From assembly GCF_011386835.1 (NCBI RefSeq), contig NC_088801.1:47554001-47618000 (forward strand): DNA of 64,000 nucleotides, written 5' to 3'. Positions within the stretch are counted from its first letter, which is position 1, and each line of letters begins with the position of its first letter. Source of the DNA: Chrysemys picta bellii. Lineage: Eukaryota. Below are positions 12,491 to 26,679 of the stretch, in pieces. The notes below the pieces were generated by a model that was not told where the DNA came from, ran no database searches, and worked only from the letters and a program-made list of their open reading frames with translations. The translations under genes were made by a program, and so were the position numbers.

Positions 12491-15400
12491 GAAAAGACTC
12501 ACAAAGAAAGATAAGGAGTCAGAATGTCCTATAGGAGGGTGGCCTTGCCTGGAGCTCCCGGCTACGCCTGTCATGTCACAGTTGGCTAGGTGTGCCTCAG
12601 TTTCCCTATTCAAAGTCCCTAGTAACGCCACTTCAGGCTTCATTGCTATAATTATAATACCCTCCTTGGGCCAGTTTCTCACATAGTTAAAATAGTCAAT
12701 AACAGTCCCAAACACAGTCCACATCCAATCCCAATGCAAGCAGTCATTAAAACTCAAGACATCTCATATCTCAGATGCCTTTGGACACACACTGATTTTC
12801 TGTCAATCCTCTTCTGTCCTTGTACTTCACTCCTTCCAGCTGGAGTGAAACCCCGCTCCTCCCATCAGGGGTCCCCCACAACCTCTCTGCTGGGAGCATC
12901 CCACACTCCCTCCTAGCCCTCTTACAGTTCTTTAGGTTTTAGCTCTGGAGATGTCAGTGGGTAAGCCCCTCTGCAGCACCCTGCCTTCAGCCCTCTCCAA
13001 TCCTTGGGGTCCTACTCTCTGGCTAAAACCCAGCAGGTATCTCCTGCTGCTGTTCCTTCTGCCTTCAGTTCTCTGGCCCTGTCTTGGGGACACCAGCCAA
13101 CAAACCCCTTTTGCTATTCTACCTTCAGCCTTTTCCCAAGTGCCAAACATACAGTCTCTGGAAACTCTCACCTGCCCTTTCTTGACTGATTTGGAGTCAC
13201 TGGGGTTGTCTGACACCCAGCCCCTCCAACCCCCGATCCTTTATGGCCTTGTCTGCCCTCTTAATTGGCCAAATGGCAGCATTTACTCTGACACTGGGGG
13301 GGGACTGCACCTACTTCACTCACAGGGGCAAGCCACCTGTGACAGTCCTCTATGTATAAAGCCCTTGTGTAGGGGACAGAAAACTCAGGGGGTTTTTACT
13401 TCTTGAGCCTTCATCAAATTGTCCTGTTGGAATACAGCCTCTGGCTGAACTAGCAGAGGGTTAACTTCTCCCAGTCTCCCACCTTATCCCATAATTCCCC
13501 CAAGGTTTGTAAGGATCTCAAGGACTCTCTGTAAAACAGAGACCTCTGTGCCCCTCTACTGCTTCCCCAAACATGTATTTGCCTGTATGACAGTATGGCT
13601 CTTTGCCTGCTGTAGTCCGAGTCCCACTTATGGATGGGAGAATTTTCTCTGTGTTGGCCCAAACCATCTGAGACAAAGTAATCACATCAGCATTATTTTC
13701 AAAGGGGATGCCCGGAAGGGTGGAAGTGGTGTCAGTACTACCCAGAGATTCAATGTGGCCTTTCCTTTTTATCACCCCTTATAATAAGGTAACAATTAGG
13801 CACTTCACTCTGGAAATGCACTTTCTAGTCACTCACATGGCTCTAAGACTTGAACTAAAGGTTCTCAAATGCAACACCTCAATAGTTCAGACTCAGTTGT
13901 GACCATACTGAGGCTAAATTGCTTTAATTAAAGGCAAGTCTAGAGTAGGTGGGCAATGGTATTCATTATTATAAGATTAAAGTTAGTTCTCTAGGCTGAG
14001 ACCACTTCAGAACTGAAAAGATTCAGAGAGCCTATAGTAAGCATGACAACTTCAAGAGAATCCTTCACTACCAATATACCAACCATTTATGGATCAGGTT
14101 AAGATAAACTACATAATTTGACCAAAATCCCATAAATGTGGAGCCTGGTTATTGTAGGTCAGGATTGCATTTGTATTTATATGTTGTCTATATGGCACCT
14201 CAGAGGCATGCATGGCATATTATTGCATCTAAAATAAGGTGTGTGCACAGAAAGCTCCAAAGAGTTACTAGGGGATTCTATACATTTGGTGACTTATTTA
14301 TTTTATTTATGTTTTTGCTGATCACTTGAGACTATTTCACATCTTTAGACAGAGCTAGAACCAGCTCCCACAGAAATCTATGGGAGTTCGATTGAGCTCA
14401 GAGGCTGTGATTCAGCAAGATACTGAAGCATATGTCTAGCTTTAAGCATGTGAGCAGTCCCACTGAAGAGCATGGAACTACTTATGTTCTTAGTTAGGCA
14501 CATGCTAAGTAGTTTGTTAATGTGCTGCTATAAAGATTAAGCAGATGTCAAAAGCTTGATCTATTGGAAAGTAAGAAAAGTTCTTCCTTAGATGTGCTGT
14601 GTGTTATAGTAGGGAATGGAGGCTCCAGTGATCCCATTCTCTACAAAGCCAACAGGACTATTGTAATTGACTTCACTGTCTATCTAAGTTTTTAATATGG
14701 TGCTCTGCACTCTGGCATCTGAAAATACATGGGAGCATAATTCTATTGGTTTTCCCTTCCCTTATAGAGACCACTAGCATTTAATTCCAGGTGATCTGTA
14801 CTACAACTTGTATTTCATACACCAAAATCATTTGGATTTTTTTGGAAGCTGATAGCTTAAATCAGAATATTTCTTTACAAACCTGGTACTTGCCTATAAG
14901 AATCTTGTTTATTTGTATGCTTTATATCACTCTGATTTGGATCAGCTGACCTGCTGTGCTTTATAAAAAGAAACAGAACACTAAATGTATTTTTTTTTCT
15001 GTCATTCATAATGCTTAATGGGGGAGGCTTTTCACCAACCATTTTCAGTTAATTTCAGTGAAGAACTTGCCTGCCCCTACCTATGAACTAAACTTCATAA
15101 TTAAAAGATTATGTAGAGGGCCTAGGACAAGGACTGCACATAGAACTTCAACTCCAAGCAACCCATCATATGAGTCATCAGAGAACCACTACAATTCTTT
15201 CTCAGCATGAGTCATCCTAGTGATATAATTTGAGATATGGAAACTCAATGCACCCTGTGCCTTTTGCCCCTAGATCTATTGCTCCTCTCTAAACCTTGGG
15301 AACTTCCATCTGGCCACTCATTATTCCAAAGAAAATTCAAGATAACCTCATTCACCCCTGTAAGAAGAAAAGCAGCATGTTTTGCTGCAGAATGTAACAA

Positions 15401-16989
15401 AGTTCCAGTCCCAGGTGACCAGGTTGGAGGGGCAAACCAGTGTTATAGGACTTTTCCATTCCACAGTGGAGACTGAGCTAACAGACAGTTTTTAAGGATT
15501 GTCATTGCTGGCTGAGCTCTAGCACAATTTCCCTGACTGACCCACTATGAACAAAAATATTTATTTTTTTCTGAGATTTAAGCTAGCCAACTGTGCGAAA
15601 GGCAAACCTTTATTTTCCCTTTCTTAATCTCCCCCAAAATCTACAGTACAACTTTAAAACTTCTCAGAACTGCCCCTACTGGTTAGGGAAGCACTGCTAG
15701 GTTCATGGTAAGAATAATGTTTGATCGCAGTTACTATTATTGCAATTTGAACATTTAACCATCGTCTCATTCCTTAGAGCAGTAAATTTGGTCTTCAAAA
15801 ACTGTTGATGTTGAGGGAATCAGACAGGATATAGAAAATTGTCTTTTTAAAATTGGAATGGTGTATTGGGGAGGAGGAACCCAATCAAATATGCCATGCT
15901 TAAAAACAAGGGCTTGAAAAACAAATCATGGAGAGAAGAGAAGGAAGATCCCATTTATCCTCCTTGGTTTTTCTCCTTCAGTGACTGAGAGCTATTTTAT
16001 GGTTATTTTATATGATTTAATTCTCTACTTTTATTCTCTGGATGTTCTAACCAGTGCAGGATGTGATGTAAAATGCTTAATGCTGTATGCTCTGGATTCA
16101 AACAAGCTACTTGGAGTTATTATGGTGTTACTTATTTTGAGCCACCAAGTGGAGACAGAAAACAAAGCACAGGAAAACCGGAAGTGTCCAACAGCCTTTT
16201 GGCTTCTGAGATAGTGAATAGACATATACATCGCAGAAAATTCTTTGGGGTCTCGGGTGGCTGAGGGAAAGTTGGTTTAGAGCAGGGAGTGGGAGCCAAT
16301 ACTTGAAATTCTGTTCCTGTAGATGTGTATAATTTGATAGATTGAGTGACTTGCCTACAGTTATATATCTGTCATGGTTTTTCAATCTGTACTAGGAATG
16401 TATCTGTCTCAAGGAGAGAGGGAAGCAGACTGAGCTTAAACTGATTAACATTTATAAAGCATTTTCAAAGCGGTGCACTCCAATAGTGTAACTTCAAGCG
16501 GAAGGTATTATTAGCTGTGTACAAGTTACTTGTGTTACTCAAATTAATAGTATTACTGTGTGTTTAAAAGGAGAGATGCTATTGCTTTCATATTTTCAAC
16601 ATTCATGAGAAGCAGGAGGAGAATAGGTTGTACTTTAACAACACTTGGCTACAGTTCAATTGGAGAGGAAGCACACTTACATCTGCTGCTTATAAAGGTT
16701 TACAGCTGATTTGCTATGAACTACTCACTGAACAGAAGGAAAAAATCTTATATTCAAGTTGATTTGCAGTGTCTGTGCTTTTGATACAAATAAATAGCAG
16801 CTAAGTGCATGGAGCTATTGATAATTATAATAGTATTTTCCTTTCAGTGATGAGTCTTGAAGTGCTTTGCAAAGGGGCAATTCTCCCAGAAAAGATCTGG
16901 GCATTGTGCTAGGCAATGTGCATACACATAGTAAATTAAATTCCCTTGCATTCTAAATATTACAAGACAGACAAAGCGCGGGAGAAAGA

Positions 16990-17130
16990 AAGTATTATTT
17001 CCATTTTACACTGGGAACTGAGGCACAGAAAGATTAAGTGACTTGCCCGAGTTCACACAGGAAATCTGTAGCAGTACCAAGAACGGAACTCACATCTCCT
17101 GAGACCCAGTCTACTGCTTTAAGCATAAGG
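16990..17130 (-). mobile_element. CORE-SINE (MIR-like)
   Basis: CCATTTTACAC-TGGGAACTGAGGCACAGAAAGATTAAGTGACTTGCCC. Confidence 0.8.
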
Positions 17131-20068
17131 CTCTTCAGTGGTACTAGAGCATGGTATAACCATCTATAAAAGAAAACTGTAAATATCGAATTTCTCCAAA
17201 TTTTCAGATAATTTACTATTTGGCCGAGATCATACATGAGAAATTGTACTTCAAAATGTGATCTTCTTTGGAAAGTTATCAGCTCCTGAAAATGGGTGTT
17301 TACAATGACAGTGACTCTTATTGCTATAACTACTGCATTGCTACACCACAGTGCAGAATATTATTTTGTTAAAAATTCAAAAAACAGTCTCTCTTAACAA
17401 AAGACAGCCCTGAGCAAGGTGAGGGATAGTGACAGGGAAGGTAAAGACAAAGGAGACATATGCCATCCAGGAGAGAACAGATTTCCACACATGTTCATCT
17501 GCCATTAAGCTGCATTCACAAACCTCCTGCCCTATGTTATGTCTCATCGTTCCAGTGGACCTTAGCTGCTGTTGTAGGTTGGGTTGGGTTGGGTCGGGTC
17601 GAGCTTGTGGATCCTCACTCTGCCATGTAACAGAGTCACATTTGTAACCCTGACTCCGATCAGGTGATTGGGGCCAGGAACTAAAGAGCAGGGTTTGTCC
17701 AGCTCTTCTTGTGTCACACCATTAGTACAATGCTGAGTAATGGTTTCTTTAGTGCTGGTCAGATTTTCCTCCTCACAGGAGGGGATGGCAATCTGTCAGC
17801 TAGGGTCTCCACGTGTTCACTAGTTTCTTTGCTCCTCCATGAAGGAACAGGGTCAGAATCACAGGCTTTGAATGTTGTGAATCCTTCCCTAAGTACTTTG
17901 TGAGGGCTTACTTCTTGGGGAGGAAAAAATGGTGTGCCCGGTTCCGTGTTCGAGTTATCATTCTTGGGGCCCCAATAGACCATATTGGAATTTCACATAC
18001 ATCCAAGGAGAGGTCCTGTTGTTGAATGAAGGCAGTCTGGGTTTACAATGGAATTTATGGTCAGGACAAGTTCTGTGGAGTGTTTTTGTTGTTGTTGTTG
18101 TTGTTTTTCTACCACTATTATAGTGGAGAAGTAGGCTCTCTGTATTTTTCAAAGCATTGGCATAGGTATGAAGAAATTCATTGTGTCTCAATCTCTGTAT
18201 CAGACCACATTTGCAGCAAGCAACACCAAGATTAATTATTTTTGCCCCAAATGGTTGCTGTGCATTTGAGTTTGGGGGCCAGGATTAAATGTAAGTAGTT
18301 GTAATTGTTGCTATCTCTACCCTGCACATAGAAATCTTTCTTCTCCTAAGCACCATGATACAAACTTGGAACAAAGTGGGTGTGTCAGTAGTGTGGGAAC
18401 ATATGTAGGATGTAGGCTGGTTTGTATATGCAGCATCTCTATTTGCAGTTGTTGTCAGTCTATTTCCTTTTGCACTGAATTAGGCCAAAGCGAGATTCTA
18501 TGCAAGACTCTTTAAACTCTGGTGCCCAGAAAATAGATTTCTATATTAGAAGAAGCAGAGTGAGCTATTATGTTACACTCTGTTAATATAAAAAGAGTAA
18601 AGGTTGTGAAGCTATGCTGCATTAGAATCAGTTCTAATCAACCATGACTGCTTTGTTATGTGAAAAAAATAGTTTTCATTTTTATCAGTTTGTTTTTGTT
18701 ATAGTACCCCAAATAGTACCTTTCATCACCAGCGTGCCTTGTGGGAACATTCTCATTTGTAAACAAATTGGTAATCCTATAATTGCAGCAATTGGAAAAA
18801 TGGGTGCACAGTATGTGTTGGAACAATATCCCAATGGATTGTTACCATCAGCTAGATCCTCCATCATGTCCAGACCATTTAATATCAGGTAACCTGCTAT
18901 ATCTAAGCAATAGGTGATGATACTGTGCAGTATCACTGATTTAATATACACCTGGGGGAGTGTGACAGCAGTGCAAGCTGACATTAATCAACAGTATCAC
19001 ACACTGGCCCAAATATGAAATCAGAATTACCCCTTTCTTACCCTGCTCCAACAACAAGACACACACTTCGATACTTCTGAGGATTGACTGGAAAGTCTCT
19101 GGGAGAAAAACTAAGTAAATCCAGATGTCTCGAATAAATACAAAATTAAATGCTTAGAGCATGGTGGAAGGAGGTTCTGAATGGAAGTGGAGGACTCGGG
19201 GTCCTATCTAGGCAAGAAGAAGATAGCCCTGAGCAACATTTGGAACATGGACCAGCAAAGGGAAGGCAAGGGAAAGGTAACATAAGCAATCAAGGGGAGT
19301 GGAGAGGTCCACATGCTGGACTCAAGCAGGCATTCAAAGAAACATGTTTGTAATCACCTTACATTTCTCTGTACTTTTGTTTCCATTTGATTCCCACAGT
19401 ATGCAATGGAGCTGCCTCCTCCTCCCTTATATGTACAGTGCCAGATCATCAATTGGTGTAAATTGATGTAGCACTACTGAAGTCTATGGAGATGCACCAA
19501 CTTACACCATCTGATTCTGGCCCACACCGATTTCCATTAAAAAATCAATATTTGCCAACAGTTACTTTTTTACATATACTTTGACTAGGAGTGTGATTTC
19601 TTAATGCCTTCTACTGTACTTGAAAAGAAATTCCAACCTATAACTTAGTCTTAATAACTGCTCCATACAAGATGAACAACCTTCCCCTTGCTTTTTATAT
19701 GCCTCAGAGTTTCTTGTTGGTGACTTTTTTCCATATGATAATCACAGTAAGATGCTTTGTAAAAATTGTGATTATTTTATGCACTCTCCTGAGGGCAAAA
19801 ATCCTAGAATAACTGTAGTAGAAAAAACAAGAGACCAGAATGTCAGCTGAGAAATTGAGGTTCCAACCTGATGGAAATCTACCCACTCAATGCTTGATTA
19901 ATTCCAGGAACAGCAGGACACTCTGTGTGCATGTGATTGTTTGGGAAACACAAAAGACATTTAACTGGCCTTTTCCATCTCTGTATAGATGGTAAGAAAT
20001 AAGAGGTGGACCATCTGTGGACCGTCATGGGCATATAAACTGGTGGGGGGGGGTTGAGTAGCTACTGC

Positions 20069-20252
20069 ATTCTTTGAGTACTGTCCCTAAGAGTACTCCA
20101 CTTTAGGGGCGTATGCATCTCTCGAGCTCTCAATCTGAGATTTTTCCTCTAGCAGAGCCTGTTTGACCTGCACATGCTCCCTGTGAGTCTTCATGCTGGA
20201 CACTGAGGCTATAAGGGATGTGCTAGCGACCCACCCTCCATTTCTTCTCTAC
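20069..20252 (+). repeat. DIRS left inverted terminal repeat
   Basis: TTCTTTGAG...CTCCACTT...GAGATTTTTCCTCTAGCAG...TCATGCT...TTCTTCTC aligns with the reverse complement of 24031-24211. Confidence 0.85.
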
Positions 20253-23200
20253 TGCTTCAGCCTGAGATGGAGCTCTAGAGTGTGTCTCAGCTGTTTTGTA
20301 TTCTTATAGTTGTTTGTTAAGATTAGTTAGTTGTTAGTAGTAGTAATAGTTAATTAGTGAGAGGATAGTATTTTTTCCCCCTTTCTTTCTCCTTGCGGAA
20401 CCTTGTCTTCCTGGCAGACCACACCTGGCTCTTTAGGCTTCAAACACTGCCTCTCCTGCTGAGAGGCTTTACCTCTGAGTAACGGCCACTCTAAGTGTGT
20501 CCATTGTTCGGGGCAGTCTCACATCTCCCAGAAGTGAAGTTTCTACCTAGCCCTCAAGTCAAGTGCAAGAAAAAATAGAGATGAAGCTCAGATGGTTGTT
20601 GATGAAGTCCTCACTTTTTGACCAGAGTCTGAGTCAGGGCAGGGGACTTCCCTCTATACTTCTGTCTCCGGACAGATCCAACACCCTTTCCACCTTGGTG
20701 CAGGCTTCCCCAAGAAGGGGAGGTCATTGGAGGCTTCTGAGAGGGCTCCTAAAAAGAGTACAGACTCTCATCTGAAGGAGGCTGTTTAAAAACAAAAAGG
20801 CCCTGCTCCCCTGCAAGATCTATGGTCTCTGTAGACTCGACTTCTTGGTTCCGTACCACAGAGTTGAGGGGCTTCTCATCCAGTACCAGCAGAGCTGGAA
20901 AGCCCCAGAGCTTGAGGGAGAGACATGTCTCTTACAGTGCTTCAGTACCCTTTACAAGGGACAAGGAGAACAAGCATCAGCACCCTGGTCTTGTTCCATC
21001 AAGCTCACACGTACTGTCTGCACTTACCCATTTGGTACCGAGCAAGCAACGGTTCCAGACTCCATCACCGCCTACATCGGTACACATCAGTGGTACTGTC
21101 AGGTTCAGCCACCACATTCTCAGCTACCATATCAGTACCGATTCCCTACTCGTTACTGCAGTAATTCGGATATGTGAGGGACCTGTCCACAATTGATGAG
21201 CTGGAATCCTCACTCCTCATGGGTACCGAGCATCTTTCGGTACTGAGGCCTTGTTCTCCAGGCTGCTGTCTTTCCCCAGTACCACAGAACTCTCCACCCT
21301 TTTCTATGGGGGCTCCTCCATTGGAGGAGGATGAGGATGAAACGGACTTCCAGTTAGTCTCATCTATTTCAGTCCAGGGATTCTTTGATAGTCACAGGGA
21401 AGATCGCGACTGTTTTACTCAATGTATTTCCTTGTATCAAAGAAGTATGGATGGTGGAGACTGATTTTTAGATCTAAGACTTCTGATGCTTTACCAGCTT
21501 CTTTAGAAGTTCAGAATGGTGACTTTGGCAGCTATAATTCCTTCACTGGAGAGGGCATGGATTTTTGTTCCTCAACCTACAAGATGCCTATTTCCATATA
21601 CTGATATACCTCTTTCACAGGAAATACCTATAGCTATATAAAGATTCACTATAAGCCAGGAATATTTCTAATACTGAGTGCTTCCCTTTGGTCTCTCCTC
21701 TGCCCCAAGAGTGTTATCCAAGGTCTTGGTGGTAGTGGCTGCATACTTCCAACAGGAGGCAATCATGGTCTTCTCATAACTTGGCAACTGGCTACTAAAG
21801 GGCCATTCTTGTGAAGCAGTTCTACCTTTCCCCCAGATGGCCCTTGCTCTGTTCCAGGAGTTAGGCCTTCAACTAAATGTAAGGAAATCCATGTTAACCC
21901 TGTAACAAGATACAGCCTCTTTAGACTTGTTGACAGCCAGAGCCTACCTTCCCTTTTGACAGATTCATAACCTTGTCAGGTTTGGCATGGATAATTCAGG
22001 GGAATCCTCGGATCACTATAAGGAACTGTCTTCAGCTCCTGGGACATATAGGAACTTGTACTTTTGTGACCAATCACACAAGACTATGCCTCCACTCCTG
22101 TCAATTTGGCTAAGAATGACCTATTTTCCAATCAGAGACACTTTGAACAGACAGATTGAACTTGAGCTTCCTGAATTGGTGGAAAGATCAATTCAATGTG
22201 TGAGCGGGCATTCCCTTCTGTCATCCAACTCCATTACTATTTTTAAGAACAGACGCATTGCTGTTGGGATGAGGAGCTTATCTCAATTCTCTCATGACTC
22301 AGGGCAGATGGACAGCTCAGGAAACCTATTTCATCAAAATGTTGGTGTTCAGGGCTGCCAGAATTGCCTACTTCCATTTCTTGCCCCTACCTGATGAGGG
22401 GCAAATCAATCAGGGTCATGATGGACAATGTGTCCTGCATGTTGTATATCAACAAGTAGGGAGGAGCTGAAGCTGTGGAACTAGTGCATAGCTTGTCAGA
22501 CCCAAATTTCGGCTGTCTACCTCCTAGGCATTCAGAACACCACACCCTGGTGTCCAAACAGACACTTCTCATTGGACTACAAGTGGGAGCTAGACTCTCA
22601 AGTCCTCCACAACATACTCCAGAGATGGGGTCTGCTGGAGGTGGATATCTTCTCCATCTCCAGGAACAAAAACTGCCTTTTTTTCTGCTCAAGAGGGGGT
22701 CTGGGTACCACTCTTTGGGCGATGCCTTTCTTCTGTCCTGGAAGTAGGGTCTGCTTTATGCATTTCCTCCAACGCTACTGATACTGAGGATGATGAACAA
22801 AATCAGATGGGACAGGGATATCCTTATAATAGCAACATGGCTGAGACAAGCTGGGTACCCTTACCTGCTTCATCTAGGCATCTATCTGCTGCTCAAGCTG
22901 CTGTCTACTCCGTATCTTATCTCACAGGCTGGGTGTCATGTGTTTTACCCCAAAGTAGAAGTTCTCCATCTCTCAGTGTTGTTCCTCAGTGGTTCATGGG
23001 ATTAGAATCCTCCTGCTTTGAGGAAGAGTAATTGGAGTTACTGAATAGCAGGAAGAGATCAACCCGTACTACTTACCTGCAGAACTGAAGGGATTCTGCC
23101 ACTGGTACTGTCATAGCTACTTACTGCCTGGATCTGTGCCTCTTTCTGTCATCTTGAATTATCTGTTGGATCTGAAGAAATCGGGGTTATCCATTAGCTC

Positions 23201-23908
23201 AGTCAAGGGCCATGTGGCCACAATATCAACCTTTCATCCAGCTATAGAGGGGTATTCCATATTTGCTCAGCCTGTATCATTTAAGTTTACTAAGGGTTTG
23301 GGGAATCTGCCAGACTAGAGACCTCACCCCAACCTGGGACCTCACAATTAGCTTATGAAACATCCAGTCAAATCTATGGCAACCTGTTCTCTACTCCATT
23401 TATCTATGAAGATGGTCTTTTTAGTACCATCACGTCAGCCCTTAGTGTCTGGGAGATTGGTGCTTTGATGGCAGATCCACCCCCTTTAGAGGATTATTCA
23501 TGGATCAGGTTTCTTTAGGCTAGACCCTAACTTCTTACTTAAGACTCTCTTAGGGTTCCACCTTAATCAAACCTTAATGAAACTACCAATGTTTTTCCCA
23601 AAGCCACAACTCTCTGTAGGAGTCCCATTTTCATACCTTTGATCTTAGAAGAACTCTGGCCTTCTACTTTGATAGGACCACGTAATTTCGAAGCTCACCC
23701 AGGCTATTCATCTCCTTTGCAGACAGATGCTGGGGATCCATGATTTCTGCTTAGAGACTACTGAGAGGGATATCTGGATGTATTGTCGCCTATTATGAGA
23801 CCTCAGGCATTCATTCTCCTTAAAGGGTGATAGCACATTCTGCCAGGTTCCAAGCAACATCCACAGCATTGTTTAAGAACATACTGGTGTCTAAGACACT
23901 GTTAGAAG

Positions 23909-23995
23909 AAGGTTACTCATCTTGTACAGTAACTGCAGTCTTTGAGATGTGTGTCCCTATGTGTGCTCTACTACCTACCCTTCCTTCCCCTCTGC
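23909..23995 (+). repeat. DIRS internal complementary region (ICR)
   Basis: AGGTTACTCATCTTGTACAGTAA is complementary to the element end TTACTGCACAAGGTGAGTAACCT (24218-24240). The adjoining CTTTGAGATGTGTGTCCCTATG repeats the left-ITR start, i.e. it is complementary to the distal end of the right ITR. Confidence 0.85.
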
Positions 23996-24030
23996 TTCAG
24001 ACCACTCTCTGTGGAGATGTTGTTTGGGTG

Positions 24031-24240
24031 GAGAAGGAACTGATGGTATTTCACCTGTGCATCTCTATATTGCCTTGGTATAAAGCATGAGGAAATATAG
24101 GGTTTATGTGTGGGCCAAACACTCACTGCTAGTGGAAAAATCTCTGAGGGCTCAAAAGGCATATGTGCACCTGGAAGTGGAGCACCCATAGAGAGAGACA
24201 TCTCAAAGAACTTTTAATTACTGCACAAGGTGAGTAACCT
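24031..24240 (-). repeat. DIRS right inverted terminal repeat plus 3' extension
   Basis: Reverse complement of the left ITR, ending in GGTGAGTAACCT. Confidence 0.85.
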
Positions 24241-25048
24241 TGTCTTTGGGTGGGATAGTGGCTCCCTGGTCTTTAGGGGAGGTAGGAGGAGAGAGTGAGA
24301 CTCCATGTTATAATGTTAAAGAACAATCTTTTGTTACATAAGGTAGGTGGGATAAGGAAGTTTCTGGTCTACAGGTAAAGCCCGAGAAGGAGATGTAGGG
24401 GAAGAGTTACAAAACTTAACTTGAAAATTTTTAATAACAATACATCTTCTGTGTTTTTGCAACACAATTTATTTCTGAATAAATTACAGGAGGTGTCTTT
24501 TTACTGGTGCCTGAAGCACAACTTGAAAGGCTATTCACATGCAAAGATGTTGTTCATTTTAATTGCACTACGCACTTTAAACTCAAACTTAACATTTCCC
24601 AGTGACTGTAGTGTCTATATGTTAAACTAAAGCAGAATCTTAGGTATTTATTTAGTTTCCTACCAGTGTGGCAAACAAAATATATGCTCTTATTGGCAGA
24701 CTGCCTTTGAATTAAAATTTCAGCATATAAACCTAAAGATAATGCTTATCTCTGTCTCTAAAGCCCTGACTTTGGCACATGCTCAACTTTACACACCTCA
24801 GTAGTTCCTTTGACTTCAATAGGAGTACTCACTCGGGTAAATATAAGCATGTGCAAAAGTGTTAGCAGGACCAGGGCCTAAATGCCCTTCACAGACCAAT
24901 AAAAAGACAATCCAGTGAAGACAAAAACAGCAATAGCAAAGCAACAACCACTATGCACCCAAAATGTGCTAGATTCTTTGAGACCTGTAGAAGACACAGT
25001 CCCTGTCCCAAAGATAATCTTATTCTACAAAGAAACATGAAGCATGAT

Positions 25049-25249
25049 CAGGGCCGGCTCCAGGCACCAGCTTAACAAGCAGGTGCTTGGGGCGGCCAAA
25101 GGAGAGGGGCGGCACCTGCGGCAATTCGGGGGCAGCAGGTCCCTCACTCCCTCTAGGAGCGAAGGACCTGCCGCTGAACTGCCACCGCTGATCGCGGCTT
25201 TTTTTTTTTTTTTTTGCTTGGGGCGGCAGAAATGCTGGAGCCGGCCCTG
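25049..25249. mobile_element. hAT MITE (CAGGGCCGGCTCCAG family)
   Basis: Perfect 15-bp TIRs and a perfect 8-bp TSD AGCATGAT (25041-25048, 25250-25257). Confidence 0.95.
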
Positions 25250-26679
25250 AGCATGATAAGGGAGTACAAGAAAAACATGGTGGAAGAGTAGTGAGGAAAG
25301 GAGGACAAGGGTTGGAACAAGAGGAACATGTTACCTACGGTCAGTTTGTGATTTTCCTGCTATCGTTTAATAGTACCTTAACCCTTGAGTGGACATAGTG
25401 ACCACTCCCATTAATGGGACTATTTGGGAAGTACTTGCCAATGTGAGTAAGGATATAACAATCTGGCCTTTAGAAAATTATGCATGCAATTTTTTTTTAT
25501 TTTAGCTCTTTGTATTGTAATTTAGTCTCCCATTTGGCACCGAAAAGCTCCATGGCCATCCTTTTGAAAGGCTGTTACAAGGTAGAATTTGACAGTGTCA
25601 ATGCAACCAATAGTAATGGAAAAAGTAAGTAACATATTCTACCTTCTGCTTGTTGTTCTGAATGTTAAGACATTCTTTGAGGCTGTGTATGATGAAGGTC
25701 TCACTGGACGTTAGGGCACAAATAACTTTTTTACTTTTTATTATTTTTAATTTAGCAGCCATTTGAACTTTACTTAAGCACTTTCACCTGGCTGTTCCTT
25801 GGGGAAATGAAATATATTTACCATAGCTTAACTGTAGCTGATTTAACTTAGATACACAGTAAGCTAATGATCTCTTGGGAAACCACTGTGCTTATAAGAG
25901 GCTTACAAACAGAATGACGTTAAATAGTCACATAGACCCCAGATATTTATGACCTGCAGTGAGACCTTCTGACATTAAGAACCTACTGTTTTTTTGTTTT
26001 TTTTAATCTGACGCTTCATTAATCCAGGGCTGACTGTGACTCTTGGTGTTTAAAGCATCCTATGTTTCTAATATATATGATCTCTTTTCTTGTAAGCAAA
26101 AAGGCAGCATTCCTATAAAAAGCTGTACCATAAGAACAATGCTAGTATTAGAAACGTTTCCTAAACCAGACACATTTTCTCATATATTATCTATCTTGCT
26201 AGTTAGCTATACACAAGCTAACTCTCTATTTCATGTATTTGTAACTGTCAGGCCAGCTGACAGGCATAGGCTTTTTTAGTTTGCTTACTTTTAATTTTCA
26301 GTTCAAAACTAGGACTGGTGTATGATACCCTTATTGAAGCTTAATGGCAGTATACCCTTCAAATGGTCTCATTTACTTCAATGACGAAACGTACTATTCC
26401 ACATCACTTAAGGGTAACAGTCTGATCCTTAGAAAATGTAATAGTCAGCAGGTCTAGCAACTACATCACATAATGTTATGTATGCGTGCGTGTGTGTGTG
26501 TGTGTGTGTATAAGTATGTATGTCTCGTAACATAGTATTTGAAGTCCACTTGCAAGAAAAGAAGACATAAAAGACTAAGGACCTGATCCTGCAATAGTAT
26601 CCACAGGGGTGAGCCCTGTATCTGCACAAAGTGTCATTGACTTCATTGGAGTTTTGAACAAGTGCATGTTCGACTCTTA

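Larger units (their letters stand above)
20069..24240 (+). mobile_element. DIRS1-type tyrosine-recombinase retrotransposon, decayed and internally deleted
   Basis: Left and right ITRs and an ICR are present. Domain order is gag Zn finger (GFKHCLSC...HSKCVHC, ~20436), RT (FYSMYFLVSKK, DAYFHI, ~21405-21990), RNase H (TDALLLG, MDNVSCMLYINK), methyltransferase-like (LLYAFPP, 22751-22771) and YR (LSISSVKGHVATIS...AHSAR, 23030-23850). There are many stops and frameshifts. Confidence 0.93.

Noticed and set aside
12510-13330. GC-richer LTR-like block with 60-151 aa ORFs
   Set aside because: It is probably an old LTR, but termini and TSD could not be defined and the ORFs have no motifs.
16141-16186. 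CTCF-like CCACCAAGTGGAG next to ETS site ACCGGAAGTG
   Set aside because: The CTCF match has three mismatches including core positions, and a lone ETS site is weak evidence.
17760-18070. Possible Gypsy integrase remnant (NDNSNTEPGTPFF)
   Set aside because: The resemblance is too short to support.
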